Below, in pieces: positions 63,061 to 64,000 of a stretch of 64,000 nt of DNA; position 1 is the stretch's first letter, and each line of letters begins with the position of its first letter. The notes under the pieces are model-generated. The model did no database searches, was not told the DNA's origin, and saw nothing but the letters and a program-made list of their open reading frames with translations. The stretch is from Flavobacteriales bacterium (GTDB lineage: Bacteria; Bacteroidota; Bacteroidia; Flavobacteriales_D; Sanyastnellaceae): assembly GCA_049610385.1 (NCBI GenBank), contig JBMYZL010000010.1, forward strand, positions 16,874 to 80,873, in the 5' to 3' direction. The position numbers and the translations under genes are program-made.

Positions 63061-64000
63061 TCATTCCGCGCGGATGCGCAGAATTTTGATTTGATGACCC
63101 TGTTCATCGCGCCAGAAGTAGGTGCCTGCCGGCAAATTGGACAAGTCCAGAACCAATGCATCGCCTTGGGCGGTTGCCATGTCTGATTGCACGACTTGTC
63201 CGTTGGTGCTCAACAATTGCCAGGAGCCTCTTTCCGAAGGGACGGTTTGTTGCAATTCCACAATGCCTGTTGTCGGATTGGGAAAGGCCACCAAAGAAGA
63301 AGCTGAGATTTCGTCGAATCCTGCAGTGAGGTCGTTGAAGTGAATGTAGTCCGTGTACTCCAATTCGTCATCGGCCATCATGTGAAATTCGCAGGGTAAA
63401 GTGCCATCCCATCCTGTGGCATCCATGGATGGGGGTGTGATGAGCACTGTGAATCGTTCTCCAGGGTAGATTTTCAGTGTATCCAGGGGGAGTGCTTCGG
63501 GCAAGGGGCGCCCATCTGACATGACTGCAGTGGCGTTCAGTTCGGCCGGGAAGAGAATATCCATTCGTGAATAGGCCATGGAAGCCAGTCGCAAGGCCAA
63601 TGTTTCGCCTGGTGAATAGGGAATCACAGCCTCCGGCGTGGTCAATTGACTCCCCATCAAACCATTGATCATGAAATAGTTGGGCCTAATGTCATGAAAT
63701 GGAAAGGCACCTGTGGGATTCAGGTTTGTGGCAATCTCCAAATCACTGAACAAGAAAGGGTGAATGGCGTCCGGAACGGCCCCACCTTCGTACAAACTTC
63801 CATCTGGTCGATTGACGACGAACATGCCATACATCCCCATGGTCAAATGAAGGGTGGTTGTGACATGACAATGGTACAAGAAAGTGCCGGAATGATCCGC
63901 CCGAAACTTGTAAATCGCTGTGGAGTCTGTGGGGACATAAAATGACGTTGAAGGCACACCATCATGGGCTTGACTGACGTCAAGACCATGCAGGTGAATG
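63061..64000 (-). CDS. Multicopper oxidase (C-terminal part; 5' end beyond the window) with T9SS type-A C-terminal domain
   Basis: The frame stays open upstream of the GTG at 63957 to the window edge and encodes ..IHLHGLDVSQAHDG.. (an HxHG copper motif). Downstream is LYHCHVTTTLHLTMGM (an HCH...H...M type-1/trinuclear copper motif with unusual spacing). The tail is LVAFPNPTTGIVEL...GTYFW...ILRIRAE. Confidence 0.75.
   Translation of the reverse strand, partial: IHLHGLDVSQAHDGVPSTSFYVPTDSTAIYKFRADHSGTFLYHCHVTTTLHLTMGMYGMFVVNRPDGSLYEGGAVPDAIHPFLFSDLEIATNLNPTGAFPFHDIRPNYFMINGLMGSQLTTPEAVIPYSPGETLALRLASMAYSRMDILFPAELNATAVMSDGRPLPEALPLDTLKIYPGERFTVLITPPSMDATGWDGTLPCEFHMMADDELEYTDYIHFNDLTAGFDEISASSLVAFPNPTTGIVELQQTVPSERGSWQLLSTNGQVVQSDMATAQGDALVLDLSNLPAGTYFWRDEQGHQIKILRIRAE

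Overview
This 64-kb chromosomal segment looks like a Bacteroidota genome. At least 7 proteins end in T9SS C-terminal sorting domains (type A '..PNP..' tails and type B '..TPNGDG..N..F.I.NRWG..' tails). Exact TAnnTTTG -7 promoter boxes sit in front of several genes, and Shine-Dalgarno sequences are not evident. I count about 47 protein-coding genes, tightly packed on both strands with many 1-20 nt overlaps. I recognised no rRNA, tRNA, CRISPR array, transposase, integrase or phage gene. Housekeeping or metabolic genes include monomeric isocitrate dehydrogenase, cytidine deaminase, nupC-deoA, a cold-shock protein, a thioredoxin-like protein, PhzF, a BaiN-type flavoprotein and a sterol-desaturase-type hydroxylase. 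They are interspersed with a large envelope and secreted-protein complement: a TonB receptor, BNR/Asp-box propellers, esterases, a penicillin-acylase homologue, a PNGase F-like protein, a multicopper oxidase and two giant T9SS type-B adhesin-like proteins. The candidates most worth follow-up are these. (1) One 1,566-aa polypeptide fuses a transglutaminase-like core (Cys/His/Asp retained), a 7TM block, a RimK-type ATP-grasp ligase and about 700 aa of TPRs; it is coupled to an outer-membrane barrel gene and lies opposite an ATP-cone gene. (2) A stand-alone bacterial nitric-oxide-synthase oxygenase gene carries two unusual active-site substitutions. (3) A five-gene VTC (polyphosphate-polymerase-like) / DUF4956 / lipoprotein / DUF2490 / barrel operon. 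(4) An MBOAT-SGNH O-acylation pair is co-transcribed with a di-haem cytochrome c peroxidase. (5) An orphan protein shows a protein-kinase-like K..E..D....N..D motif series. All family calls come from motif recognition by eye; no database search was run.
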